From positions 37,014,001 through 37,078,000 of the forward strand of contig NC_059432.1 in assembly GCF_021028975.2 (NCBI RefSeq): a DNA stretch of 64,000 bases. Reading direction: 5' to 3'. Shown piece after piece: positions 13,301 through 26,211 of this stretch (position 1 is its first letter; each line of letters starts with the position of its first letter). Position numbers and translations under genes: made by a program. This DNA comes from Sphaerodactylus townsendi (lineage: Eukaryota). Below the pieces are notes generated by a model, which worked only from the letters and a program-made list of their open reading frames with translations, had not been told where the DNA came from and made no database searches.

Positions 13301-14868
13301 TGTTACTCTTTGAATTCACTCCCTTCTCAATCCTCTGGAGAGTCAGCTCTGGTTGGAGGGTGGGGGGGATAGTCCCCTCCACATTCTAGCCAGGTTACTC
13401 TTTTTCCAGGTGCTGTTATCATTGGTGACAACAGCAATCTGTCTGGCCTGTATGGGAGCAGGGAATGGAAGAGAAAAGAACCCTGAGATGGCAGAAAGTT
13501 GAATAAGGAAAATCACCTGCACAGGCTCAACAGCTGGAGGAAAGCCTTCCTTTGTCTCTTATTCTGCCTCTGCTAAGGGGGTTTCTTTTGTGTGCTTTTA
13601 TTTGTGTCATTTCCCTCACTCTGTTTTTAACATCCTTCTATCCCCAGTTGGGCGTCTTCTATATGTATGTGTACGTTTTATCTCTCCCCCCACCCCATTT
13701 CATCTCTGTCTCTGTTTTAAGTCCCCTTTTTATTCCTCTATGAGGTTAGTATGTTGTAGGACTTTATTGTATTAGCTTTGTGTCACAGTTCAGATATGAC
13801 TTGAATTTTATAGTGTAATGCTGACAGCAGCTTTAGATAACAATTGCTTACCTGCGTAAATACTGAAGTGGTATAATCAAAAACAGAGTGGGACTTGCTT
13901 CTGATTAAACAGGACCGGGCTGTACAAATGAAACCCTCAATGAGATCCTCTGAAGTTGCCAGCCACAGATACAAGTGAAATGTCAGGAGAAATGCTACTC
14001 GAACACAGCCATACAGCCTGGAAGCCCCACAACACTCCGGAAACCCTCAATATATATAGGTAACTGGAACTTCCATTGTAGTTTTAGTTCATGTTTTTAA
14101 AATTCAGGTGGCTGTCAATGATAACATCAGTACTTCACATTTTGTTCACTTTTCAGAAATGGTATTCTTATCGAAGTCTGGCCATGATCGCTCTGTGAAC
14201 TGTACCTTACACATGCATAAGCAACTCTTATCTCAGGCGTAATCAGTAAGATGTCCTCATCAGCCCTTCAGCGCCAACTGCTGTTTTTGGAAGTAATCAT
14301 GCAGGCCAAAAATGGCTGGGTTATGCGTGCTCATGTAAAGGGGGATAGCCAAGAGAGGAATTCTTTATTTCATAAGTGTGTTATACCTAAAAAATGAAGG
14401 CACATGCTGCCTAATGAGGATTTGTTAGCTATTTCAGTGTAGTTGTTTTTGTGTGTACTCACAAAAATATTTCTAAACAATATGTTCATATTAAAATTAT
14501 ACAAGAAGGTGGCAGCTATTTTGTGCTTTGCTCCAGTTGCAGCCATTTTGTGATTGTTTTCCCTGTTGCTCTCTCTATTGTTTCCATTTCCCCACAGCAA
14601 TGTTGTGTTTCTGTGTACTTCCTGCATTTTCCCTATCTTTCCTGTAATAATCTTTCTCAAAATTGCCTTAATATCCCAAACTGCTGCAATATTTTGTGAA
14701 AGATCACAGCAAAGATGGATTGGAAAGTCTGGATCTTCTTGATCCTTTCCAAATCGGTGCAATTACCCTGCCCCAAGGTTACAATTATCCCATCCATGGA
14801 GGGCTTTAAAAAAATGGCAATTGAAGAGTAGTATTAGTAGTATTAGTAGTAGTTTGGATTTATACCCC

Positions 14869-15438
14869 ATGATTGAAGGATTGGAGCACCTTATGAGGAG
14901 AGGCTGCAGCGTTTGGGACTCTTTAGTTTGGAGAGGAGACGTCTGAGGGGGGATATGATTGAAGTCTATAAAATTATGCATGGGGTAGAAAATGTTGACA
15001 GAGAGAATTTTTTCTCTCTTTCTCACAATACTAGAACCAGGGGGCATCCATTGAAAATGCTGGGGGGAAGAATTAGGACTAATAAAAGGAAACTTACGCT
15101 CTCTTCTACGGAACGTGTGATTTGGTGTTTGGAATAATGCTGCCACAGGAGGGTGGTGATGGCCACTAACCTGGATAAGCTTTAAAAAGTGGCTTTGGAC
15201 AAGATTTATGGAGGAGGAAAGCTCGAGTCTATGGCTACCTGTCATCTTGATCCTCTTCTTGCATTCTCAGATTGCAAATGCCTTAGCAGACCAGGTGCTC
15301 AGGAGCAGCAGCAGCAGAAAGTAATTGCTTTCACATCCTGCATGTGAGCTCCCAAAGGCACTTGGTGGGCCATTGCGAGTAGCAGAATGCTGGAATAGAT
15401 GGACTCTGGTCTGATCCAGCAGGCTAGTTCTTATGTTC
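14869..15438 (+). mobile_element. CR1 LINE 3' fragment inserted inside a Squam3 SINE
   Basis: GLFSLERRRLRGDMIEVYKIM..TRTRGH CR1 ORF2 C-terminus; ttcttatgttct tail. Confidence 0.92.
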
Positions 15439-15716
15439 TCTCCTGTAGGAGACTCAAAGGGGCTTACAATCTCCTTTCCCTCCCTCCCTCCCACAACAAA
15501 CACCCTATGAGGTGGATGGGGCTAAGAGAGCTCCGTAGAGCTGTGACTAGCCCAAGGTCACCCAGCTAACATGAGTTGTTAGCACAACATGCACAAACTA
15601 ACATGATTCACCAAATAAGCCTCCACAGCTCAAGTGGCAGAGTGTATTTAGTGTATTTAGTGGATCAAACCCGGTTCTCCAGATTAGAGTGCACCTGCTC
15701 TTAACCACTGCGCCAC
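15439..15716 (-). mobile_element. Squam3-type SINE body (its tail is displaced to 14824-14868)
   Basis: Continues the consensus where agtttggatttatacccc at 14851-68 stops. Confidence 0.85.
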
Positions 15717-16640
15717 ATATCATTATGTAGTTACATCTTTATTTAAAACCAGTCTCTATCCCCCTTTGTTTCAGAATTATACTTCCTCCAACAAAAGGAG
15801 ATAGAGACTTAATTTTAAAAAATGAAATCTGGAAACTAGTCGATAGATATTATGTTATAATGATATATCAACTGCAAATTTGAAAAACAAATCTGATAAA
15901 CCTGTGTGGTACATGGAGCAGGAATAGCTGCCATGGAGGACTGGAACAGGAAAGACACTAAGAACCTGCCACGTGGAAACCCCTTCACAGCAGCCATTTT
16001 GTGGTTGCATCCACCACCCTATGTCAAAATTACAGAGTTGCCCACAGGCTCAAAAAGGCTGGGGACTTAGATCAAGGTAATAAGAATATCTGCAGGCTAT
16101 TTTGCTGTGCTTTTTAACCTGGCCCCGCACTTGTCCCAATATCCACTTGTCATCATTGCATTGTAAGTAATCAGCTAGTATATCTTCCAAGAAACCAACA
16201 AGATCAATTTTCAAATTCTAGAAATCCTGATATTTCCTTGTTTCATTTTGGACTTTTCTGTAGGTTACCGTCTCATTTTTGAAGATCCAAACTACTTTCA
16301 TGATCTTTATGCACTTTTAATTCTTTAGCTTTTTACAGGTTCTCTTGATATATTTCCCCTCCAGTTCTTGAACACTTTAAAAAATAAACTTAACATCAAC
16401 CAAGGAGATTTTCCCCTGCTATTTTCCCAACTAGTTTTGTCTGTTTAGTTTCTAGTTTCTAGTCCTGCATTGCTATCCACAGGTCTCTATATTTTAATTC
16501 TTGTATTTAATTGCGGTATTTAATTGTTGTTCTTTCCTCTATATTTTAACTCTTTCAGTTATTCCATAGTGTTAATCACTTACATAATTTTCCTTTGATT
16601 CAGCACTATCATCATCATCATCATCGTTTGGTCTCTCAAA

Positions 16641-16775
16641 GGCCCCTTCCTCACACGCAAAATAATGCGTTTTCACACCACTTTCACAACTGAGTAGATT
16701 TTGCCATTCCGCACAGCTTCAAAGAGCACTGAAAGCAGTTTGAAAGTGCATTATTCTGCATGTGCGGAATGAGCC
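16641..16775. mobile_element. PIF/Harbinger-like MITE
   Basis: TIR ggccccttcctcacacgcaaaataatgc / gcattattctgcatgtgcggaatgagcc; 3-bp AAA flanks on both sides. Confidence 0.75.
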
Positions 16776-16779
16776 AAAG

Positions 16780-17102
16780 ATTCCAGTAACTATTTGTCTC
16801 CTCATTCTAAAAGAGTTTATTCATGTGATCTGATTACGGCTGAAACGCTTGACCATTCTCTGTTTGTATGCCCTAAATACAATAAGATATGCATGAAATA
16901 CATGAATTCCATTTTCTTGCAATGTTCTCAGTGGCAAGAGTGTTATAAGATACTGAATCTCCTGAACAGCTCTGATGTGCTCTTTTGTGAAACTGTTGCA
17001 AATTTTATACTGGAAATTAGTAATCTTCACTGTATTTCTTAACCTTGTTTTGCTTTAAAATATTGTCCTGTTTTGTATGCCAATAAAGGCTTGTGTGTGT
17101 GT
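16780..17102 (+). mobile_element. RTEX-like non-LTR retrotransposon 3' end
   Basis: ETLDHSLFVCPKY CCHC-type motif; tail tatgccaataaaggc plus microsatellite; clade assignment tentative. Confidence 0.6.
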
Positions 17103-17119
17103 CTCTCCTCATTTAATTA

Positions 17120-17560
17120 CTTGTTGAGTAAAGAAGTATTTTCTTTTGTCATATACCGGTACCTATTTCTCAGCAACTTCATTGAGTGCTCCCAAGTTCT
17201 AATATTACAAGACAAGAAGATAAGGTTCTCTCTACCCACTTTCTCTATCCCATGCACAATTTTGTAAACCTCTATTATGTCCCCTCCTTAATTATATTTT
17301 TCCAGACTGAAAAATCCCAGATTCTTCAGCCTTTTCCTCATAGGAAAGGTGCTTTAACCACATAATCATCTGATAGCCCTATTTTGTACTTTTTCCAGCT
17401 CTGTAATATCCTTTTCCAGAGACCAGCAACCAGAACTGCACAGTCTTCCACATTAGGCTACATTATGATTCTAAATAAAGGTATTTATTTGTTTTGTTGT
17501 TCCCAATCATTACCAGCATGGATTTTGCCATTTTCGCTTCCATACACTGTCAACATTTTC
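17120..17560 (-). mobile_element. Old CR1 fragment
   Basis: Reverse complement of the region encoding GLFSLEK..LRGD.IEV.KI.HG. Confidence 0.7.
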
Positions 17561-17564
17561 AGAT

Positions 17565-18130
17565 GTTTTGAACAGGAGGTTGTCTTGCCCTGAAGGGAAA
17601 TTCAGCCACTCAGATGAACCTATGGAAGTTCTGCTCCAGCATCCAACAACTTTTGAAAAGGGGGATGAGATGTTGGGAGGGCCCACAGAAAAAGAGAGAG
17701 CTGTGTTCTGCCTCAGGGAGAAAGTGGTGACAGCTCAGATCTGACTCAGGAAAAACAGCACACTGAGTGAAGAGTAGCTCTTCCTAGTAGTGTGGCAGAG
17801 CGATTAAGCTCTATCTCAGGGAGAGAAAAGGGTTAGGCCTTTCTCTGGTGATGAGCAGACCTTGTATTGCACAATTTAATCTGATTCTGGGGAAGGGACA
17901 GGCCTGTATGTGAGAGCGGATCCAACCTAGTGGCTAGTTAATAAAACTCTGCTTGTGCCTGAAAGCAAAGTCTAATTACACTCTGAAATTTTTATGCTTC
18001 CGCTAGGTTTCTACTTTATCTACCTAGAGACCTGAGCTGCTGATTTATGCCTTTAAAATTAACTTGTAAAGAATAACATCTTAGTTGTTTATAGTTTATT
18101 AATCCAGCCTCTGTGATCTCAATAATCTCC
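17565..18130 (+). repeat. LTR-like dispersed repeat; related segment at 23930-24060
   Basis: Shared gcagaccttg..cacaatt..tgtgagag.gga.ccaacct.gtggctagt.aataaaa block. Confidence 0.4.
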
Positions 18131-19599
18131 TTGTGCACCACAAAACAGATCTCATGGCAGTGAACCCATCACTTGCTACCTGCAGAACACCTGAAAACTG
18201 AGGAAACGTTTATTGCTCGAAACAAACCTAGATCCCAAAAGTTTTGGGAGACTGCGTGCATCTCCTCAATAGGGAAAAAGTAGACTCTTTGGCATTGTAT
18301 CCTGGTGAGGTTCCTTCCCTCCCAGGCTCCACCACCAAAATCTCTTGGTATTTCCCCAGCCAGAGCTGTAACTCTACAGCCTTTGGGTGGTGGCTGGAGA
18401 TCTGGAATTATAACTGATCTCCAAGGAACAGAGACCAGTTCCCCTGGAGACGATGACTACTTTGGTGGATGGACACCATGGCTCCGTCCCACTGAGATGC
18501 CTCCTCTCCCCATCCTCTTCAAGCAACACCCCCAAATCCACATGTATTTCCCAATGTGAAGTTGGCAACCCTATTAGCACGTATTTAAGGGTTTTATTTT
18601 GCTCCAATGTACATCATCTCTTCTCCATAATGAACTTAATTTGGCACAAGAATGGGGTGTCTAGTTTCACCGTCTGAGGAGAACAGGCACAATGGGACCT
18701 GACTTCACTCTGTGCCAGCCTGGGTCCAATGCAGAAGCGCATGGGTGCTTGGTCTGGCCAGAGTAAAGTCTCTTGAGCAAAGCAGCATCAGGCTTGCTCA
18801 GTGAAGAGGAACTTGGGCATTGTGTCCAGCTTTATCTTGTGAAGAGCATAGGTAAGGGTGGCCGTGGCTTAGCCAATGAGGAGTATGAGCATCGTGGTGC
18901 CTGTCTTTGCCCTGTGATTCCTGCTATATTCTATACAAAATGACCCTTGGTATTGATTTCCTATTTTGATATTGTCCCTATTAGGGTTCTTTTTTTTAAA
19001 AGGTAATATAATCTACCAGCAGTTTTTCTATTGTGTCACTAACACTGGTGGTATAACAGCCTCCTTCTCCCTCTTGTTTGTTGTGTGAAAAAGAACTGCA
19101 TTGTTTTTAGTACTAGATTATAAACTGCTTGAGGCCCTGGCTATTTCCCCCTTGTTTCTTCAGGGATTAGAATATCAATCAAGTGAAACAAATCTTAGTG
19201 CAAGGAGGGATGTGTTGTGAGCAAGAGTGGAAAAGGACCTATTTTTTCTCCCTTTTGTACACAGAAAAGCTGTTATTTACACAGAAACAAGAGCCCTATA
19301 TTACTAATATCAGGAGGTGGCATGGGGCTTTCAGACAATAGCCAAGTGTGGCTGATTGATGAGCAAGGGGAAGAGGGTGATGTCATCATTCCCGGTTGAC
19401 TGAGGGAGGACATGATGCTTCTGGTTGTGTGAGCATGTCTACAAAGACAAACACACACAAAGAAAGAGCAGGCCATTGCATTGGCAACCCATGAGAAGAA
19501 CGTGGGCATGAGGTCCTTCTTTCCTTGGTATAATCATGCATTGTGTTATTGAGCCCATGGTCTCTCTGCTACACACACACACACTCCAAGGGAGGAGGA

Positions 19600-20465
19600 A
19601 GAGGAGGGGTTCGGTGTTGGGCGAAGCAGCCACAGTTTCTGCGTTCATTAGTTTAGCACACGCTCCCTGCTCAACAGCTGCTACCAACGCAGTTTTAACA
19701 GTGCGGGAAAGCGAGGGAAGGGCGCAGCCCGCAACGCCTGAACAACAGGGATTGGCAGAAAGACCGGGGGCGCAGGGTTCCAAAAATCGCACCCACAAAC
19801 TTCGCTGGGCCCCCGTCCTTCCGCTTCACACGCAGCGCATATCCCTCCGCCAGTCACTCCACCCCTCCTTCCATTGCTGAGCTCGTCAATTCCCCGCAGT
19901 CCCCGGATGGAAACGCTGGCCAGCCGCCAATAAGGTGACCTTTGCCGGGCTATGTAGGACGGTATGCACGGTTAACCCTAGATACGCATAGCGCTGTGTC
20001 TGAAAGGATAGGGGGGTGACAGGATGGAACCCCCGCGCGACCATGGAAAGGAAGGGACGCAGGTGGGTCACCCTGTCGGGTCAACGGGTTAGGTACGAGC
20101 TGGAGAGGAAGAACACTCCAAACCGGAGTCAATGGTGGAATCCTGACAGTTACTGGCCGCCACTGGTTCTTAATGTTGAGTAGGCGTTAAAATAGTCCGC
20201 TCCCCTCTCCAAAGCCCATAGGGAGCTCTTGCTTCTTCAGTTTGTAAGGCCGAAAGGAGGAAGGAAGAGTGAGAAGAGCTAAAATTAGTTCATTTCCGCG
20301 CCTTTCCTCGTACACTTCCCCGGTCGGATTTACGTAGACCGTGTATCACTCCGCCGGGTGTATTGGGGGGGGGGGGGGAAGGGCTCCCCTCTTTCCCCCA
20401 GTCCTGGCCTGGGCAGAGTGCGAATAACACCACTACGTGCAGGGTGAGGGTAGGAAGCACGTGTG
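19600..20465. promoter_or_regulatory. CpG island, probable ZNF518A promoter and non-coding first exon
   Basis: Only non-repeat CpG-rich stretch upstream of the ZNF518A ORF; ETS-like ACTTCC core near 20314; donor-like AGG|gtgagg at 20444. Confidence 0.65.
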
Positions 20466-20880
20466 AAAGGAAGATCTTCACCTGAGTTACCCAGTCTCTC
20501 TATCTGGACCTCCTATTTCATTGGGGATGAAGATAGCAAGTTGACTTCAATCATAAGAGGTATTTTCCCCCCCTCACTAGAGGAACCACATTGTGGAGTC
20601 ACCCAGGAAACTCAACTTGAGATGTTTTGGTCTGTGTGGCACAGTGAACAGAATTTTATTTTCTTCAGTGATGGTTCTCCTGTGTTAAATATCTTGGGAC
20701 AATAAGGCAGACCAGTTTATTGGTTTTCAGATCCCAACATGGCTTGACTTTGGGCAAGGACTCATTCTTGAGTAACTAATCGTCCTTGATTGAGCTCCAC
20801 TCTCTTTGCTGGGCTTAGGGTATACTGGAGTTACTATGGAAAGGGCTGTGAAACATATAGGCAGTATGTGTACAAGCATG

Positions 20881-21465
20881 TTCTGTCTTGACATCCATCT
20901 TGTTCTTCTTGGAAATAGCTTTTCATCAACAAGGTTAATCATGGTTATCATCCGATGCCCAAAGCAGAATAATGAGTTGTGTCATCAGTTTGGATGGTAA
21001 AATTTATGTTGTTTATTGTTGGACTGAAATTAAGTAGAATACATAACACTGCTAAAACAATGTATAGCTCAGGTAAATTAAGGCAACCTTATATATTATA
21101 AGCAGTATCAGGATGCAGTTTACAGGAACTATGCTCACTTATGCTTAGTTATATTTTTTTCTGTCTTGACCTCCATCTTGTTCTGTCTTGACCTCCATTT
21201 TGTTCTGAATAGACCTCCATCTTGATCTTCTTGAATATGCTTTTCATCAACAATTTTAATCATAGTTATCATCTGATGCCCAAAAAAGAATGAGTTGTGT
21301 CATCAGTTTGGATGCTAACATTTAAGTTGTTGATTATTGGACTGAAATTAAGTAGAATATATAACACTTCTAAAACACTGAATAACTCAGGTAAATCAAG
21401 CCTTGTAAACAGTGTAAAGATGCAGTTTGAAGGAATGGTGCTTTCTGGGTTCACTTATGCTTAGT
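20881..21465 (+). repeat. Imperfect ~280-bp tandem duplication with a 3x22-bp unit at the junction
   Basis: 20881-21158 aligns to 21203-21465; unit ttctgtcttgacctccatcttg repeated 21159-21224. Confidence 0.9.
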
Positions 21466-22591
21466 GATGATTATTGAGAGTTAGACGTGGACAGGTGTGG
21501 CATTAAAGTGTAAAAGATATCAGTGTGTAGTATGAAGTGGACACATTTTATATGTGAAGATACAATTATACAATTGTGCTGTATTTGAGACAGTGTTTTC
21601 ATCTGATATTTTTTGAATACATTTAAAATACAGGACACTTTTATTGAGAAATCATCCCTGCATTGTTTAAAATGAAGCGAAAGCTGTACTGGGACTATAT
21701 GCAATCTATACAGTTAAATCAAGAGGATGGATACTTGCAAGATTGATAGGATGGATTTGTTTCTCACATGTAAAATAACTATGTTTTGATTACTAGATTC
21801 TACATCTCAGAAGATTGTTTTAGTTTTGAAGAGTGGGTGCACCATTTTTAAAATCCTAGCAGTTCAGATACACAGGCTGTTCATTCTGTGCAAATCTTCC
21901 ACTGATCTCTACCTGACTCCACAGTTGATCTTTTCCTATGATGCTTCTGGTTGTTTGATGACAAGATGCTATCTTGAACACTTAAGCTAAAAAACTTTAT
22001 TCAGTAGTCACGTGGATTGAATAGATTCAAGATAGCTTTAAATTTTGCAAATGCGGTTTTATAACCTATGACAAATTTATACTGTTTTGGGGAAACACCA
22101 GCTTCTTGAGAGTTAATGGGTTGGATCCAGTAGAATGATTTTGCTTGTGTAAGAGCTCCTGCATAACTGAAAACACAAGGAAGTCATCACAGGTAGCTTT
22201 GGCACTAAGTCACGATGATTGTATGCCTTATTTCTGTCTTCACAAAACTTAGTGCAAAGTACATTTTAGCATTCCTCCCTTGACCTTGTTTAATGAAATA
22301 ATACTTTTTCTTCCAGACTGGATTGTAATGACTATGTCAGATTTCCTTTTGATGTGTACTTGCGAAAATGAAAAATCAGTGCTCCTAGGGTCTCTTATGC
22401 AATAGAACTGCATTAAGTAAAACTTGGTCCAGCTGTCATATGATGAGATCCAGCCACTCATCAATGTATTTCTGGAAGTGCAAATATGGATATACGATGC
22501 AGAAAGAAGCACGTTATGTATGTCAACAAAACCAGGTTTCTATACCAAAGTGGAAGGGACTCATAAAAATGAGCAAGATTTAGGATAACTT

Positions 22592-22822
22592 AGAGAGCCA
22601 TAATGATATAGCAGCAGACTCTAATATGGACAATCATGTTCATTTCCCCTTTCCTCCACATGAAGCCTGCTGGGTGACCTTGGGCCAATCACGGTTCTCT
22701 CAAAACCGTCTTAGCCCATGCAGGGGGAGGCAATATCAAACCTTCACTGAATGACTCTTGCCCTGAAATCCCTATGGGATTGCCGTAAATCAGCTGTAAC
22801 TTAACAGCAATTTCCACCACTA
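22592..22822 (+). mobile_element. Old SINE with Squam3-like head/body and BovB/Sauria-type tail
   Basis: gagagcca..ctccacatgaagcctgctgggtgaccttgggc then ttgccctgaaatccctatggg.ttgcc.taaatcagctgt.actt; tail relatives at ~5480-5545 and ~43920-44010. Confidence 0.6.
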
Positions 22823-24654
22823 CTAGGACACCATGTCCTTTAAAATTAAACCTGGCAACTGCTGTATCCAGTTTATTTCCGTAACTTGGAATTCCTGCTG
22901 TAGTCATTGCAGTTATTTTGATGGGTACTATTTGTTAGAATTGGAACAGGGAAAACAGTTCATATTCTTATTTAGCTGTATTTTAAAAAGCTGCATTTTT
23001 TTGGGAGAAGCAGTAAAATTTTGTAAAATTATGTATCAGCGTACATTTTTAGAACTCTTGGCAATAAGATGCTAGGATTTTTTAAAATCTCTGTTTCATC
23101 AGTTTTACAGTAAGATGACATCAGAATTGGTTGAATTTGCTTTAAAATTAGAAGTAACTCTAAATAGTAGCAACTCTGTTATGAAATATTTCTGATAAAT
23201 ACTTGTGATGAGTTTTTTTTATCTCTTCTGTATTTCCAGGCTATCTTTGTACATCTTGCTGTTGAATTTGCCTTCTCGTGAGCCTTGCATTTATTCCTTT
23301 CATATGTTGGGAAGGAAAAATATTAAACAGGCTACTGAAGAATGGAATTTTAGCCTTTCCTTGAAGCGTAAGTTCTATGACTTATTATTTGGTATATTAA
23401 AAACAAATGTATGGTTGATATATGGGAGGTTTGCTTAGAAATTCTTGCATGAACAGAAAAGGTGTTATTTTCATTTGTGACATTGGGTTTAGAAAGAATG
23501 ACTTCACTATTTTTAAATGGTGAATAAAATTTCAATCCAGGCAGCCATGCCAGAAAATTATACAATACCTGATTGGGCTCCTCCCCTACTTGTAGGTATA
23601 AATTAGTCCTATATGCAGGGAGGTAGGCTGGTAAACTTTTTATGGGTTTAATCATTTGTGGGGTTTATTAGCAAGATTAATGTGTTGCATCACATTATTT
23701 AGCAGTATATTTATATAATTTGGACCAGGTAGGGGAAAAGCATGCATGTTATTTCAGGTATGCTGTCTATATTGACTATTTAGGGGCCTTATACAGCATA
23801 TCAATACTATACATTAGATTAAATTAAATTATGGTGGTGCCATTTTCACTACTGCCTCACGCTGAGTCAACGTTATCAGAAAGTTTTCCACTATAGCCCC
23901 AAGTTCTCTTTTCAGTCTCAGTTTTAGCCAGTCCAGACCTGTCTCTGGTGATCAGCAGACCTTGCACAATTTTGTTTGACTCTGGCAAAAGGGCAGGTTG
24001 GTATGGATGGAATCCTGTGTGTGAGAGAGGAGCCAACCTGGTGGCTAGTCAATAAAATGTCGATAATAAATAAAAAATTAATTAAATCGATGTGGTTTGA
24101 GCAGCAGAGTGTTTCTGCTAATCTGAGGGCGACTATCACTCATTGGAGCCACTGCCCCTTATGTCATCATGGCTTTTGTAGCAGGTGATGTCTTCTCATG
24201 TTATTTAGTGGAATTCAGAAGAATAAATTTTGACAGGGCAGCTCCCTTGTTAGTTACTTTTCTGATGAAAGAGGATTTTCCCCAGTGCAATAACTGACCC
24301 TAAAGAAAGACTTCTCTGCATAAGGAGACTCTTAGTTTTGAGATCACGTTAAATTCCTAACTCCCCTCACATATTTGCAAACTGCATTATATATTTGTGT
24401 AAGAGTTTGATATCTGAAAATATTTTGTAATAGTAGATATAATGCAACCGTTCAACTATGCTTAATTTTGGTCAATAATTTTCTGTTACCTATAAATCTT
24501 TTCCCACCAATATTGTAATGGTTTTGTCTCTGCACTTGGATTTCTATACCTACTGATGCATTTCTTAGGACCTTCACTTCTGTAAAAGCAAATAAGTTCT
24601 TTCAGCAGAAATCAATTATCAATTACGTTTTTCCATGGATTCTTGTTCAATTTA

Positions 24655-25560
24655 CAGTGCAATCCTAAGCAGGGTTATCCTAACCAATAAATGGCTAAGC
24701 AGTGGAATGTCTTGATGACAAACCCTTCACCAATTGGCAAGCAGAACTTATGATGCTCACCCATCGATGGGCGACATTCTATCGCCTCACCTGCCCACCG
24801 TTCCCCAACCCGGCTGGTGGAGCAACGGCACCTGGCCACATGCTGCTCTGCTGGATCGACAAAACCCTCCCGCCTCCCACCCCAAAGAGCCCATCCTGCC
24901 CGGCACAGCAGCGGTGCCTGGGTGCACACTGCTCTGCCAGCCCTGCAAAGCCCTCCTGCCTCCCCTGCACCCCCAAGTGCCTATCCCGGCCAGTGGAGCA
25001 CCAGCACCTGGCTGCATTCTGCTCTGCCAACCCTGCAAAGTCCTCCTGCCTCCCCCCACCCCAAGCATCCATATTCCATCCTACCCCAACACTCACCTTC
25101 TCACCCTCCCCCATTCCAATACTTAACTTCCAACTCTTCCCCACCCCAAGCCACACCTTCCAACCTCCCCCACCCGAAGCCACATCTTCCAACCCTTCCC
25201 CATCCCAACCCTCACCCCACCGCAATACTCACCTTTCTCCCCTCCCCAACCCCACTCCTTTCTACCCACCCCCAATTCTCAACATCACACCTACCCAAGC
25301 CACACCTTTCCAACCTCCCCCATCCCCAGGCCAGAGATTCACGGCCAGCTAGGTGGGAACTATCATCCCAGGAGCGGCGGCAGAGGGAGGGGGCACTACA
25401 GCCCCAGTAAAACCCATTGCAGGGGGAAATGCTTCCTCCTCCACCCTTTACTAGGGCCCCTTCCATCTCCCCTGCAGTGGGCTTTGCTGCTATTGCTTTT
25501 CTAAGTTAACTGAAATCAGTGTGTCTAGATTGGTGTAACTCTGATTAGGATTGCATCTTA
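24655..25560. repeat. Short MITE (tgcaatccta.g / ttaggattgca) split by a C-rich low-complexity insertion
   Basis: Inverted termini at ~24656 and ~25545; internal ~80-bp and ~30-bp degenerate C-rich repeats. Confidence 0.5.
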
Positions 25561-26211
25561 GTGTAGTGGCAATGTCTCTGTGTTCTATTCTGTGCTGTCC
25601 AAGTGTGGCATGAATATAATAGTCATTGAACGCTACTTCGTGCTGTATTTGCTGATTAGTTTGGAGGAGGAAGGCTGTAAAGTGGCTTTATATGTTTAGC
25701 ACAGAAAATCAACTGAGAGGAGGAGCTATGGGAGTGGCAGGGTTTGGGGTTAACAACAGGCAATGATTTGATGGCTTCACGAGTGATAGGCGCTGATGTA
25801 TGAGAAGCAGGCAGTGAAGGAGGAATATAGTAATGGGGGTATCTGGGAGGGAATGGCAACCACTAAAACGTTTGCTTATTCCTTACATGGAGGTTCCAGC
25901 TATAATGTCCTAACTGCTAAATCACACATGACTATCTATGCCTGGGAGAGAAAAGTTAGATTAAAAGCTTTAATGGTTGGGCTCATCTTTATTTTTTATG
26001 GCCATGTTAGCACACTAGTTGTTTGATTTTATGACTTGAGCCTGGTGTGAGCATCTTTTGCTTGTGCAGTCTTTTAAAATTAACTTTGTAATTTTTATTT
26101 CAGGTATACCTAGTTGGAAAAAACTGGGGCTCTGGAAGTATTTCAACATAAGGACGACGAACATAGTATACTTAAAAGACAAAACACAGCATACTAAAGT
26201 ATTTTTTAAAA

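Noticed and set aside
1-19500. Expected upstream neighbour CCNJ
   Set aside because: No cyclin-like coding sequence recognised; presumably outside the window
21159-21224. CRISPR-like short repeats (also 39400-39560)
   Set aside because: Eukaryotic DNA, adjacent repeats without unique spacers, no cas genes
23240-23277. Possible ZNF518A 5'UTR exon (tttccag|..|gtgagc)
   Set aside because: Splice motifs are plausible, but there is no coding or transcript evidence to support it as a feature
24675-25466. Overlapping 130-216 aa Pro-rich or Gly/Trp-rich ORFs
   Set aside because: Open in several frames on both strands because C-rich low-complexity repeat lacks stop codons; lies within TE termini in a ZNF518A intron
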